From Candidatus Omnitrophota bacterium (GTDB lineage: Bacteria > Omnitrophota > Gorgyraeia > Gygaellales > Profunditerraquicolaceae): a DNA stretch of 64,000 nt. Position numbers and translations under genes: made by a program. The notes below the pieces were generated by a model. That model was given only the letters and a program-made list of their open reading frames with translations. It ran no database searches and had not been told where the DNA came from. Below are positions 27,851 through 37,508 of this stretch, piece by piece. Position 1 is the first letter of the stretch, and the number at the start of each line of letters is the position of its first letter. The DNA is taken from the NCBI GenBank assembly GCA_003598025.1, contig QZKH01000006.1, forward strand, positions 247,930 to 311,929, read 5' to 3'.

Positions 27851-28632
27851 TTAAACGCCTGTTCGTAATCTTCGGCAGAAGAATCCTTTATTTTATGTAT
27901 TTTCTGGGAGGTTTAAGCAATCTGGCTATGCAGACTATTTATCGCATCTTTACTCCTCCCTACAAGAAGCACAGGATTTTTGAGCAGGCTAAAAAAGCCG
28001 GTTACGACAGCCTGCCGATAGTCTCTTTGATATCCCTGTTTATCGGGTTTATCTTTGCGTTACAGACAGCATATTTTATGCAGCGCATAGGCTCTGAACT
28101 TTATATTGCAAGCATGGTTGCTCTATCTTTAGTCAGGGAATTGAGCCCGGTCATTACGGCTTTGGTAGTAGCAGGCAGGGTCGGCGCATCTATCACTGCC
28201 GAGTTAGGCTCTATGCAGGTTACTGAGCAGATCGATGCTTTGGAGTCATTTGCATCGAATCCGATAAAATACCTGGTTGTGCCGCGTTTTCTAGCTTTGA
28301 CTTTTATGCTTCCGTTGCTTACTCTTTATTCTAACGCCATAGGCATATTCGGGAGCTTTCTGATATGCACAGCAAAACTGGGGATATCCTCCAGTATTTA
28401 TATGCATGTTACTTTTGACGCCTTGCAATATAAAGATCTTTTTACCGGCTTATTTAAGTCCGTTGTCTTCGGTATGATAATAGCGTTAGTCAGTTGTTAT
28501 GAAGGCTTTAATGTCGAGGGCGGCGCCGAAGGAGTAGGGCGGGCAACTACCCGCTCGGTAGTTATAACTTTTATTTTGATTATTATTGCGGATTGCTTCT
28601 TTACCGCTTTATTTTATTTTATTTTTCCTTAG
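27847..28632 (+). CDS. mlaE: Mla/Ttg2-type ABC permease
   Basis: MlaE-family permease with five TMs ('[39 protein letters not shown]'). Confidence 0.8.
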   Translation: MIKRLFVIFGRRILYFMYFLGGLSNLAMQTIYRIFTPPYKKHRIFEQAKKAGYDSLPIVSLISLFIGFIFALQTAYFMQRIGSELYIASMVALSLVRELSPVITALVVAGRVGASITAELGSMQVTEQIDALESFASNPIKYLVVPRFLALTFMLPLLTLYSNAIGIFGSFLICTAKLGISSSIYMHVTFDALQYKDLFTGLFKSVVFGMIIALVSCYEGFNVEGGAEGVGRATTRSVVITFILIIIADCFFTALFYFIFP

Positions 28633-28643
28633 AGAGGTAAGAG

Positions 28644-29396
28644 ATGATCGATATTATGAATGTATGCAAATCATTTGGCGAGCATAAGGTTTTAGATGAA
28701 CTCAGCCTTAAGGTTGAGACCGGCACTACATGTGTGATCATAGGCCGTTCAGGCTGCGGAAAGTCAGTATTATTGAAACATATCGTGGGTTTATTAAGGC
28801 CGGATAAAGGGAGCATCTTCGTAGACAAGAAAGAAGTAAATAAATTAAAGGACGCAGAAATAAATCAGCTGCGCATGAAAATAGCTATGGTTTTTCAGGG
28901 CGGAGCGTTATTTGATTCAATGACCGTGGGCGAGAATGTAGGCTTCGGCCTTATAGAGCATCAAAGTATAGGTCATAAGGAATTGCTGGAACGCATTGAG
29001 GAATCACTTTGCCTGGTTGGTCTTTGCGGCATCGGGAATCTTATGCCTTCAGAACTAAGCGGAGGCATGAAAAAGCGCGTGGCGCTTGCCAGGGCGATTT
29101 GTCTTAAGCCGGAAATCATACTTTATGATGAACCGACTACAGGGGTTGACCCGATTACCGCCGATAGTATTAATGACCTTATCAGGAGCCTGCATGATAA
29201 ATTGAAGGTCACATCTATCGTGGTTACTCATGATATGAAGAGTGCCTATAAAGTAGCAGACAGGATAGCTATGATGTATCGCGGCAAGATAATAGCAGAA
29301 GGGACTTCTGAAGAAATACAGAATGCAAAACACCCGGTTGTCCATCAGTTTGTCAACGGCCTGGCATATGGGCCGATTACGGAGACTTTAGGCTAA
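28644..29396 (+). CDS. mlaF: Mla-type ABC ATPase
   Basis: Walker A 'GRSGCGKSV', 'LSGGMKKRVALARA' and Walker B 'ILYDEPTTGVDP'. Confidence 0.85.
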   Translation: MIDIMNVCKSFGEHKVLDELSLKVETGTTCVIIGRSGCGKSVLLKHIVGLLRPDKGSIFVDKKEVNKLKDAEINQLRMKIAMVFQGGALFDSMTVGENVGFGLIEHQSIGHKELLERIEESLCLVGLCGIGNLMPSELSGGMKKRVALARAICLKPEIILYDEPTTGVDPITADSINDLIRSLHDKLKVTSIVVTHDMKSAYKVADRIAMMYRGKIIAEGTSEEIQNAKHPVVHQFVNGLAYGPITETLG

Positions 29397-29434
29397 ATTT
29401 ATCTGGACATTATTTAAAATAACGGAGGTTATCT

Positions 29435-30058
29435 ATGATATTCGGAAAAACAAAATTAGAAATGAAAGTCGGTATTTTCGTTTTTCTGGGAATAGTTATT
29501 TTATCTGTGTTTGTCCTGTCCCTTGGTGGCTTCAGGACATGGACTTCTGGTTATGAGGTAAGTTTTATATTTAATTTTGTAAACGGTATCAAGGTAGGGG
29601 CACCGGTCAGGTTTGCCGGAGTTGATGTCGGCGAGGTAAAAAATATTACTTTCGTGGCGCCAAATAACCCAACAGATCCGATAAAGACAAATATCCGTTG
29701 CTGGGTTAATAAAAATATTAAAATTCCGATGGATTCTACGATCTGGGTTAATACTCTCGGTTTACTGGGTGAGAAATACCTGGAGATAATGCCGGGTAAA
29801 GATTATGCCAATACCTTAGCCAAAGGTGCATCTCTTGACGGAGAGGATCCCTTACCTATGCATGAGGTCGTAAAATTAGCAAATAATATAGCTACTAATC
29901 TTGATGAAAGCATAGCCAAGATTAATCACGGTCAAGGCACCGTAGGTAAGCTTCTGTATGATGATGCGATATATAAAGAGATAGAGGCTCTATCTATGGA
30001 TTTAAGACGCAACCCCTGGAAATTATTCTGGAAGACAAAGGAAAAGCCTTTGAAATGA
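29435..30058 (+). CDS. mlaD: MCE-domain substrate-binding protein
   Basis: An N-terminal TM then the MCE core 'GIKVGAPVRFAGVDVGEV'. Confidence 0.7.
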   Translation: MIFGKTKLEMKVGIFVFLGIVILSVFVLSLGGFRTWTSGYEVSFIFNFVNGIKVGAPVRFAGVDVGEVKNITFVAPNNPTDPIKTNIRCWVNKNIKIPMDSTIWVNTLGLLGEKYLEIMPGKDYANTLAKGASLDGEDPLPMHEVVKLANNIATNLDESIAKINHGQGTVGKLLYDDAIYKEIEALSMDLRRNPWKLFWKTKEKPLK

Positions 30059-31425
30059 AAACAAAAGTTGTTTTTAGCTGTCAAAATTGCGGTTATCAGT
30101 CTCCAAAGTGGTTAGGGAAGTGCCCTGATTGTAATAGTTGGAATTCATTCGCCGAAGAAAATTATTCTGACCCTGCTGTAAAGTCAAAAGATAGGGCCAA
30201 TTTTCACAAAGAACAGCCCGTCCTTCTGAAAGACGTGGTGATAGATGAAAAGCAGCGGTTTAAAACCGGTATCGCTGAATTTGACAGAGTTTTAGGGGGA
30301 GGGGTAGTCCCCGGTTCGGTTACGCTGATAGGCGGTGATCCTGGCATCGGTAAATCCACGATATCCTTGCAGGTATCTAACCAGTTATCCAAGCAGGACC
30401 AGACAGTGCTTTATGTAAGCGGTGAAGAGTCCATCCAGCAGACCAAGCTCAGGTCTAAGCGCCTGGGTTCTTTAGACAGCAATAATCTTTTTATTGTTAA
30501 TCAGACCGACCTTTCTATAATAATTGAGTTTGCTAAAAAACTTAAACCGGATATCTTAATAATTGATTCAATCCAGGTGATATTTGATTCATCAATCGGT
30601 TCTTCTGCCGGAAGCGTGACGCAAGTCCGTGAATGCGCCGGTATGCTTACGCAATTTGCAAAAAGTTCCCAAACCTCGGTCTTTATTATAGGCCATGTTA
30701 CAAAAGAGGGCGCTATCGCCGGCCCCAGGGTATTGGAACATATAGTTGATACCGTGCTTTATTTTGAAGGCGACCGTTTTTCTGCTTACAGGATATTGCG
30801 CGCGGTCAAGAACCGGTTCGGCTCAACCAATGAAATCGGTGTATTTGAAATGAGCCCTGAAGGGTTGATGCAGGTCAAGAATCCTTCGGAAATATTTTTA
30901 TCCGAAAGATCAAAAGATTCTTCCGGTTCGGTAGTGTCTGCGGTGTTAGAAGGGAGCAGGCCGCTTTTGGTTGAAATACAGGCATTGGTAAGCAAATCCA
31001 GCTTTGGATATGCGCGAAGGCGCAGCCAGGGTTTTGATTTTAACCGCCTGAGCCTTTTAATCGCAGTCCTTGAGAAGCGTATCGGCTTCCATCTTGAATT
31101 AGAGGATATATTCGTCAATATAGCCGGAGGCATAAAAGTTGAAGACCCGGCTTGCGACTTGGCTGTGGTTTCAGCCGTTGCCTCTGCCTTTCGTGATGTT
31201 AAGCTTATGCAAGACACGGTCATATTTGGAGAAGTGGGTTTGGCAGGCGAGATAAGGAGCGTATCGCAGATCATGCTTCGGATAAACGAAGCATGCAAAC
31301 TCGGGTTTAGCAGGTGTATTATACCAAAGAACAATAGTAAGAACATTGATTCTAAAAAAAGCGGCATTGAGATTATGCCCGTTGCCACTCTTAGGGAAGC
31401 ATTGGATATTATTTTAAAAAAATAA
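30055..31425 (+). CDS. radA: DNA repair protein RadA/Sms
   Basis: N-terminal zinc finger 'CQNCGYQSPKWLGKCPDCNSW', RecA-like Walker A 'GGDPGIGKST', 'KNRFG' and a Lon-like C-terminal domain. Confidence 0.9.
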   Translation: MKTKVVFSCQNCGYQSPKWLGKCPDCNSWNSFAEENYSDPAVKSKDRANFHKEQPVLLKDVVIDEKQRFKTGIAEFDRVLGGGVVPGSVTLIGGDPGIGKSTISLQVSNQLSKQDQTVLYVSGEESIQQTKLRSKRLGSLDSNNLFIVNQTDLSIIIEFAKKLKPDILIIDSIQVIFDSSIGSSAGSVTQVRECAGMLTQFAKSSQTSVFIIGHVTKEGAIAGPRVLEHIVDTVLYFEGDRFSAYRILRAVKNRFGSTNEIGVFEMSPEGLMQVKNPSEIFLSERSKDSSGSVVSAVLEGSRPLLVEIQALVSKSSFGYARRRSQGFDFNRLSLLIAVLEKRIGFHLELEDIFVNIAGGIKVEDPACDLAVVSAVASAFRDVKLMQDTVIFGEVGLAGEIRSVSQIMLRINEACKLGFSRCIIPKNNSKNIDSKKSGIEIMPVATLREALDIILKK

Positions 31426-31444
31426 TTATTAACGTTTTTATGCA

Positions 31445-31525
31445 TTTGCGGCTGATTAATAAATATTATTTTTTAGTAAGCATAGCCGCAAACATCAGCG
31501 GTATTATTAAAGTATTGCCGCTGAT
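31445..31525 (+). other. Two tandem stem-loops in the radA-yacL intergenic region
   Basis: Hairpin 1 pairs TTTGCGGCT (31445-53) with AGCCGCAAA (31484-92): 9 bp, AT-rich 30-nt loop. Hairpin 2 pairs ATCAGCGG (31494-501) with CCGCTGAT (31518-25). Neither has a U-tract. The RBS AAGGAGG at 31530 follows. Confidence 0.35.
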
Positions 31526-31542
31526 ATTATAAGGAGGTTTTT

Positions 31543-32535
31543 ATGAACCTATTATTAACAAGGATTTTATTTGCTGTAGCCAGCACAATTATCGGCTATC
31601 AGACTTTGGAGACTTTAGGTTTTGGGTTTATTGGCGCAGGCGTGGGTTTCTTAGCCAGTGTCGTTATTATATTCCTGGAAATAGGTATGCGTAAGGTGTC
31701 GATGAGAGGGCTTTCAAGTTCTGTTTTTGGCCTGATACTTGGCCTTATCATGGCAAAACTTGTAACAGACGCTTTTAGCCTGGCTCAGCTTTCTGGTGCG
31801 AGCCTTTCAATAATAAGGGTTACTCTTACCCTTGTATTTTGTTATCTGGGGATGGTTATAGGTTTACGCGGCAAGGATGAATTTAACATAATAATACCAT
31901 ATGTAAGGCTGCGCAGGCAGGACCAGTCCGAAGGCGTTACATTGATTGATACCAGCGCAATCATCGACGGCAGGATTATAGATATCTATAAGACCAGTTT
32001 TTTGGAGAGCAAAATGGTCATTCCTAAATTTGTTTTACGCGAGCTTCAACAGATAGCTGATTCTACTGACCCGGTAAAGCGCCAGAGGGGCAGGCGCGGC
32101 TTGGAGATACTGCATACTTTGCAGAAGGAATCAGGCTCAGCTATAGCTATCCACGAAGAAGAATTCCCGGAAACAAAAGAAGTTGATGCAAAGCTTGTAA
32201 AGCTGGCCAAGCTTCTTGAAGGCAAAATAATGACCGTAGATTTTAACTTAAACCGTATAGCCAGCCTTCAGGGTATTAAAATATTGAATATTAATGAACT
32301 CGCTAATGCCCTTAAGCCGGTAGTATTCCCCGGAGAGCATATGAATATCAAATTGCTCAAAGAAGGCAAGGAGCATAACCAGGCTGTAGGCTACCTTGAA
32401 GACGGGACTATGGTAGTGGTTGAAGATGCCAGGCGTATGCTTGGGCAGGAGGTAAAGGTTATAGTCACATCTGTGTTGCAGACTCAGGCTGGAAAGATGA
32501 TTTTTACAAAAATAGATAACAGTAATCATAGATAG
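31543..32535 (+). CDS. yacL: Membrane-anchored PIN/TRAM-domain protein (YacL family)
   Basis: N-terminal TM helices, a PIN-like middle region and a C-terminal TRAM-like beta domain. It occupies the same position as B. subtilis yacL. Confidence 0.7.
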   Translation: MNLLLTRILFAVASTIIGYQTLETLGFGFIGAGVGFLASVVIIFLEIGMRKVSMRGLSSSVFGLILGLIMAKLVTDAFSLAQLSGASLSIIRVTLTLVFCYLGMVIGLRGKDEFNIIIPYVRLRRQDQSEGVTLIDTSAIIDGRIIDIYKTSFLESKMVIPKFVLRELQQIADSTDPVKRQRGRRGLEILHTLQKESGSAIAIHEEEFPETKEVDAKLVKLAKLLEGKIMTVDFNLNRIASLQGIKILNINELANALKPVVFPGEHMNIKLLKEGKEHNQAVGYLEDGTMVVVEDARRMLGQEVKVIVTSVLQTQAGKMIFTKIDNSNHR

Positions 32536-32536
32536 T

Positions 32537-33217
32537 ATGTTTACATCAGCTATTGTTTTGGCAGCAGGGATGGGAGTGAGGTTTAAATCCTCAACTTCTA
32601 AAGCCTTAGCCAAGATTGCCAAAACGCCGATAATCACTTTCTCTCTGCGGAGTTTAAACAGCCACCCTTTGATAAATGATATCATAGTTGTCTGCAACTC
32701 ATCTAACAGACAGGCAATACTAAAAGAAGTCTCCAGGCTTTCTTTGGATAAAGTAACAAAAGTCATATTAGGCGGCAAGCTAAGGCAGGATTCTGTCTAT
32801 TGCGGGTTGGAGGCGCTTGATAATAATACCGATCTTGTTTTGATACATGACGGGGTAAGGCCTTTTATTGATGCAGGCCATGTTACAGAATTAATAAAGA
32901 AAGCTTACAAGTCCGGAGCTGCAATAAGTGCAGTGCCTGTTAAAGCGACAATTAAGCATTCGGATAACAGGCTCATTGTTAAAAAGACATTGGATAGAAG
33001 CAAATTATGGGAGGTACATACTCCACAGGTTTTTAAGAGAGAGCTGATACTTAAGGCTTATTCCAGGTTCGGGAAAGAAAAAGTCACGGATGACTCCAGC
33101 CTTATTGAAAAGTTAGGGGTAAAAGTAAGCATAATCCCGGGAGTTTATTCAAATATAAAGATTACCACACCCGAAGATATAGCAATAGGCCAGGCTATAT
33201 TAGATTCGGTAAAATAG
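32537..33217 (+). CDS. ispD: 2-C-methyl-D-erythritol 4-phosphate cytidylyltransferase
   Basis: 'AIVLAAGMGVRFKSSTSKALAKI' nucleotidyltransferase N-terminus, 226 aa. Confidence 0.85.
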   Translation: MFTSAIVLAAGMGVRFKSSTSKALAKIAKTPIITFSLRSLNSHPLINDIIVVCNSSNRQAILKEVSRLSLDKVTKVILGGKLRQDSVYCGLEALDNNTDLVLIHDGVRPFIDAGHVTELIKKAYKSGAAISAVPVKATIKHSDNRLIVKKTLDRSKLWEVHTPQVFKRELILKAYSRFGKEKVTDDSSLIEKLGVKVSIIPGVYSNIKITTPEDIAIGQAILDSVK

Positions 33218-33228
33218 GCAGGTATTAT

Positions 33229-33717
33229 ATGGATTATCGCATCGGTTTAGGTTATGACATCCACCGTTTAGTCAGGGCAAGGCCCTTATTCATAGGGGGC
33301 TTGAGGATCAAGTTTTATAAAGGGCTGCTTGGGCACTCTGATGCTGATGTGCTTTTGCATGCGATATGCGATTCTATTCTGGGGGCGTCATCCAGCCCGG
33401 ATATCGGAGAACTTTTCCCTGATACGAGTCCCAAATATAAGGATGCTTGCAGCGTTAGCTTGCTTAAGGCAGCCTCAAGGCTGGTGAAGGCAAAGGGTTA
33501 TAGAATCAATAATATTGATGCGGTAGTGGTATTAGAAAGGCCAAGAATTTCTCCTTATAAGAAAAAAATAATAAAGAATATCGCTAAAATCCTTGGTATG
33601 GATTACCGGAGAGTAAATCTTAAAGGAAAGACCAATGAAGGCTTGGGGGCGATAGGCCAAAAGAATGCTATTGCCTCATATGCCGTTGCCGTTTTAGTAA
33701 AAAAGGGGGATAGATAA
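33229..33717 (+). CDS. ispF: 2-C-methyl-D-erythritol 2,4-cyclodiphosphate synthase
   Basis: 'RIGLGYDIHRL..', 'GHSDADVLLHAICDSILGA'. Confidence 0.9.
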   Translation: MDYRIGLGYDIHRLVRARPLFIGGLRIKFYKGLLGHSDADVLLHAICDSILGASSSPDIGELFPDTSPKYKDACSVSLLKAASRLVKAKGYRINNIDAVVVLERPRISPYKKKIIKNIAKILGMDYRRVNLKGKTNEGLGAIGQKNAIASYAVAVLVKKGDR

Positions 33718-34398
33718 ATGGACCAGGTACTATTTATCATCGGAATATTACTTATATTGATAGTTATTAAAATTATTATCATTTCAATAATTTTTTCAAA
33801 TGAAATAAAGTCTGCCCGTCTCAGGGATCCGGCTTCTAAGAGCTACCTTGAAGTAGTCATGCTTTATCAGGGGCTGCATGCGTTGATCTATTACCGCATA
33901 GCGCACTTGTTATATAAGATGGGATTGTTCTTTTTGGCCAGGATGCTAAGCCAGTTTGCCAGATTCTTGACAGGCATCGAGATACATCCCGGAGCAAGGA
34001 TAGGCAAGGGGCTCTTCATTGACCATGGCATGGGTGTAGTAATAGGCGAAACTGCGGTTGTCGGAGACAACGTCCTGCTTTACCAGGGAGTTACGCTTGG
34101 CGGGACAGGCATCGAAAAAGGAAAGCGCCATCCAACCATAGGTAACAACGTTGTTATCGGTGGCGGGGCAAAGGTCTTGGGCAATATTATGGTCGGAGAT
34201 AACTCTTATATCGGGGCAAACGCCGTTGTTATAAAAGATGTCCCTGCAAATTCTACGGTTGTAGGTGTACCGGGGCGTATCACCAAACAGGAAGGCAAGA
34301 AAATAGACATAAGCTTAGACCATATACATATCCTTGACCCAATCATGCAGAATATTGAAGACTTAGAGAAGAGGATAGAGAGGTTGGAGAAAAAATAG
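33718..34398 (+). CDS. cysE: Serine O-acetyltransferase (LbH core) with a hydrophobic N-terminal segment in place of the usual helical domain
   Basis: '[34 protein letters not shown]...[41 protein letters not shown]' aligns with the E. coli CysE catalytic domain. The first 25 aa are a predicted TM helix. The ATG is coupled to the ispF stop (TAAATG). Confidence 0.75.
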   Translation: MDQVLFIIGILLILIVIKIIIISIIFSNEIKSARLRDPASKSYLEVVMLYQGLHALIYYRIAHLLYKMGLFFLARMLSQFARFLTGIEIHPGARIGKGLFIDHGMGVVIGETAVVGDNVLLYQGVTLGGTGIEKGKRHPTIGNNVVIGGGAKVLGNIMVGDNSYIGANAVVIKDVPANSTVVGVPGRITKQEGKKIDISLDHIHILDPIMQNIEDLEKRIERLEKK

Positions 34399-34410
34399 AT
34401 ATAGAGATCT

Positions 34411-34427
34411 TAGTTCATGGTTCATAG
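34411..34427. repeat. Short copy of the heptad repeat in the cysE-cysS spacer
   Basis: TAGTTCATGGTTCATAG, 15 nt upstream of the cysS ATG. Confidence 0.5.
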
Positions 34428-34441
34428 AAAATAAAAAACAT

Positions 34442-35923
34442 ATGTCAGACCTATATATTTATAATACGCTTACCAGGAATAAAGAGGAGTTTAAGCCTGT
34501 CAATCCGAAGCAAGTAAACATGTATATTTGCGGGCCGACGGTTTACGATGAGCCGCATATAGGTCATGCACGCAGTGCATATGTCTTTGATGTGATTAGA
34601 AGGTACTTCGTTTATAAGGGCTATAAGGTTAAATTCGTAAGAAATGTTACTGATGTAGATGATAAGATTATTGATAAAGCAAGGAATGAATATGAAGGCA
34701 AAAATATAAATATAGCCGTAAAAGAAGTTTCCGATAAATATCTTGCTTCTTATCACCAGGCCCTAAAAGATCTAGGGATACCTTTTGAGAAACCGCACAT
34801 ATTGGAACCGCGGGCAAGTGAGTATATTGAAAAAATGGTAAAATTTATTGAACAGCTTATAAGCAAAGGCGTGGCTTATCAATCGGGAGCGGATGTTTAT
34901 TTTGATATTACCAAGGCAAGCAATTATGGCAAACTGTCGCATCAAGCCATAGATAAAATGGAAGCAGGCGCTAGAGTCGCGGTGGGTGAAAACAAACGCA
35001 ATCCACTTGATTTTGCTTTATGGAAATCAGCAAAAGAAAATGAACCTTATTGGCCGAGCCCGTGGGGTAACGGCAGGCCGGGATGGCATATTGAATGCTC
35101 TGTAATGAGTTCGGATATCCTTGGCGGAGAATTCGATATTCACGGCGGAGGCATAGACTTAATATTCCCGCATCATGAGAATGAAATTGCTCAATCAGAA
35201 GGCTTAGGTAATAAATTCGCAAGATACTGGATACACCATGAGCTCCTGACTATTAATGGACAAAAAATGGCTAAGTCTTTGGGCAATTTCATTACGGTTT
35301 CAGATGTTTTGTCTAAATATCACCAAGATGTATTAAAATTATTTTTTTTACATGCACACTACTCGAGCCCAATTGATTATTCTGATCAAAAATTAAAAGA
35401 AATAACAAAGAACTATAAGACCTTTGTTTATTTATTGCGTAAATACAAAGAATATTCTTCAGATCAATCCAATAATGATGTCTCTGAAGATAATTTTGAT
35501 ATAGTAAAAGAATTGAAGAATGATTTTTTTAAAGCTATGGATGACAATTTTAACACACCGCTGGCTTTATCAGCTTTAAATCGGGCACAATCTAGTGCAT
35601 ATTCGCTTACTGTAAATTGGCAAATCAAAAATAATTGGCCTAAATTTAAATGTCTGGTTGAATCAATTAACAATCTTCTTAACTCCATTTTTGGCATATT
35701 TCCCGCCGATGCAAATCCTGAATCTGATGATCGCTTGAGTACGGATTCAGGAATACTCGAGATTTTAGATTTTGACCTTGCTAATCAAAAAAGAATTATG
35801 CGCGAGCAGTTAAAAAGAGAAAAAAAATACAAAGAGGCTGATAAAATAAGAGAAGAGCTAGAAAAGAGAGGCTATATCTTATTAGATAAGAAGGATGGGA
35901 CATCTGAATTAAGAAGAAAATGA
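34442..35923 (+). CDS. cysS: Cysteinyl-tRNA synthetase
   Basis: 'YICGPTVYDEPHIGHARS' HIGH motif and 'KMAKSLGN' KMSKS motif. Confidence 0.9.
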   Translation: MSDLYIYNTLTRNKEEFKPVNPKQVNMYICGPTVYDEPHIGHARSAYVFDVIRRYFVYKGYKVKFVRNVTDVDDKIIDKARNEYEGKNINIAVKEVSDKYLASYHQALKDLGIPFEKPHILEPRASEYIEKMVKFIEQLISKGVAYQSGADVYFDITKASNYGKLSHQAIDKMEAGARVAVGENKRNPLDFALWKSAKENEPYWPSPWGNGRPGWHIECSVMSSDILGGEFDIHGGGIDLIFPHHENEIAQSEGLGNKFARYWIHHELLTINGQKMAKSLGNFITVSDVLSKYHQDVLKLFFLHAHYSSPIDYSDQKLKEITKNYKTFVYLLRKYKEYSSDQSNNDVSEDNFDIVKELKNDFFKAMDDNFNTPLALSALNRAQSSAYSLTVNWQIKNNWPKFKCLVESINNLLNSIFGIFPADANPESDDRLSTDSGILEILDFDLANQKRIMREQLKREKKYKEADKIREELEKRGYILLDKKDGTSELRRK

Positions 35924-36540
35924 GAAAAGGAAAGTTTATTACATTTGAAGGCTCGGAGGGGTGCGGTAAGAGTACGCAGTCAAACCTACTTTATCGGTAT
36001 CTGAAGAAGCGAGGTTTTAGAGTTATTGCTTTACGTGAGCCTGGCGCAACTAAGATTAGCGAAAAGATCAGGAAAATACTTCTGGATTGCAGGAACAAAG
36101 CAATGTCTAAAGAGTGTGAGATGCTGCTTTATATGGCAGCGCGCGCCCAAATAGTAGAAGAACTTATCAAGCCTGCTTTAGCAAAAGGGTATGTAGTCAT
36201 CTGTGACAGATTTCTTGATTCTACGCTGGCATACCAGGGGTATGGTTTAGGTATCGATATCAGATTGATTGATAAGGTAGGCAGCTTTGTCACCCAGAGG
36301 ATCAAGCCGGACCTCACTATATTTCTTGATCTGGCAGTTAAAAAAGGACTAAAGCACAGGGAGTGTATTGAAGACCGCATTGAAATGCGCGCTCTATCAT
36401 ACCATGCAAGAGTAAGAAAAGGATATCTATCTTTGGCCCGTATTGAGCCGTCAAGAATTAAAGTGGTAAAAGTTGAGCAGGATAAATATTCAACGCAAGC
36501 AAAGATACGTTTCTTAGCGGATAAAGTACTCGGTAAATAA
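35920..36540 (+). CDS. tmk: Thymidylate kinase
   Basis: 'FITFEGSEGCGKSTQ' P-loop, 206 aa. Confidence 0.85.
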   Translation: MRKGKFITFEGSEGCGKSTQSNLLYRYLKKRGFRVIALREPGATKISEKIRKILLDCRNKAMSKECEMLLYMAARAQIVEELIKPALAKGYVVICDRFLDSTLAYQGYGLGIDIRLIDKVGSFVTQRIKPDLTIFLDLAVKKGLKHRECIEDRIEMRALSYHARVRKGYLSLARIEPSRIKVVKVEQDKYSTQAKIRFLADKVLGK

Positions 36541-36542
36541 AT

Positions 36543-37508
36543 ATGTCATTTAATGAAATAAAAGGCCAAAGTAGGGCAATTTCGGTATTATTAAAGCATC
36601 TTGAAAGCGGGCGTATCAGCGGCGGGTATATTTTTAGCGGTCCGGAGGGGGTAGGTAAGAAGGCAGTAGCCTTAGCTTTAGCCAAAGCTTTAAATTGCCA
36701 ACAGAATAAATCCGGATGCAGCCAGTGCGTATCATGTTTAAAGATAAAAAACAGCCAGCATCCGGATGTGCATGTTATATCTTCTGCCGATTCAGGATTA
36801 ATAAAGATCGAGGATATACGCTCTTTGCGTAATGATATTTACCTTAAGCCTTATGAGGCAAAGAAAAAAATATTTATTATCGATGATGCCCATAATCTTA
36901 CTGCCGAGGCGGAAAATGCTTTATTAAAAGTCCTGGAGGAGCCGCCGCCTAACAGTTTGATAATATTAATAACTTCAAAACCCGGGATGCTATTTAAGAC
37001 AGTTATATCAAGGTGCAAGACTATCAGGTTCTCTCCGATGGATAACGAGGTAATAACTGAAATACTCAGGAAGGAGCATGGCGTAGAAGAGGAAGCTGCA
37101 CGTTCTATAGCTGTTCTAAGCAGCGGCAGGCTGGGATACGCTTTAGCTATCAAAGATTCTCCTATCTTAAGCCAGCGGAAGCATATTATCGATATGTTTG
37201 TCGGTAAGAAAGAGTTTGATATGGATTTCTTGCCTTTAGAAAGCAAAGAGGAGATGAAACTCATGTTATCAATGCTGCTTTCCTTGTTTAGAGATATTTA
37301 TTTAATAAAGTCTGATATAACTGCCGGTTTATTAAATGCCGGAATGTCTGCTGAATTAAGAGGTCTGGCAGGGCAATACGAACTTACGGAGCTGGATCAG
37401 ATTATAAGCGATTTTGCCGATTCTTTTTTATTTATAGAACAGAACATTAACCGCAGGATTATTATTTCTAACTTGAGGTTAGCTATATGCAAAAAAACAT
37501 ACTCGTAA
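36543..37508 (+). CDS. holB: DNA polymerase III delta-prime subunit
   Basis: 'GGYIFSGPEGVGKKAVA' and a 'CQQNKSGCSQCVSC' zinc module, with a following box. Confidence 0.8.
   Translation: MSFNEIKGQSRAISVLLKHLESGRISGGYIFSGPEGVGKKAVALALAKALNCQQNKSGCSQCVSCLKIKNSQHPDVHVISSADSGLIKIEDIRSLRNDIYLKPYEAKKKIFIIDDAHNLTAEAENALLKVLEEPPPNSLIILITSKPGMLFKTVISRCKTIRFSPMDNEVITEILRKEHGVEEEAARSIAVLSSGRLGYALAIKDSPILSQRKHIIDMFVGKKEFDMDFLPLESKEEMKLMLSMLLSLFRDIYLIKSDITAGLLNAGMSAELRGLAGQYELTELDQIISDFADSFLFIEQNINRRIIISNLRLAICKKTYS

Noticed and set aside
34399-34441. T-box leader upstream of cysS, as in Bacillus cysE-cysS.
   Set aside because: The spacer is only 43 nt, far too short for a T-box, and no T-box consensus (AATTAGGGTGGNACCGCG) is present.
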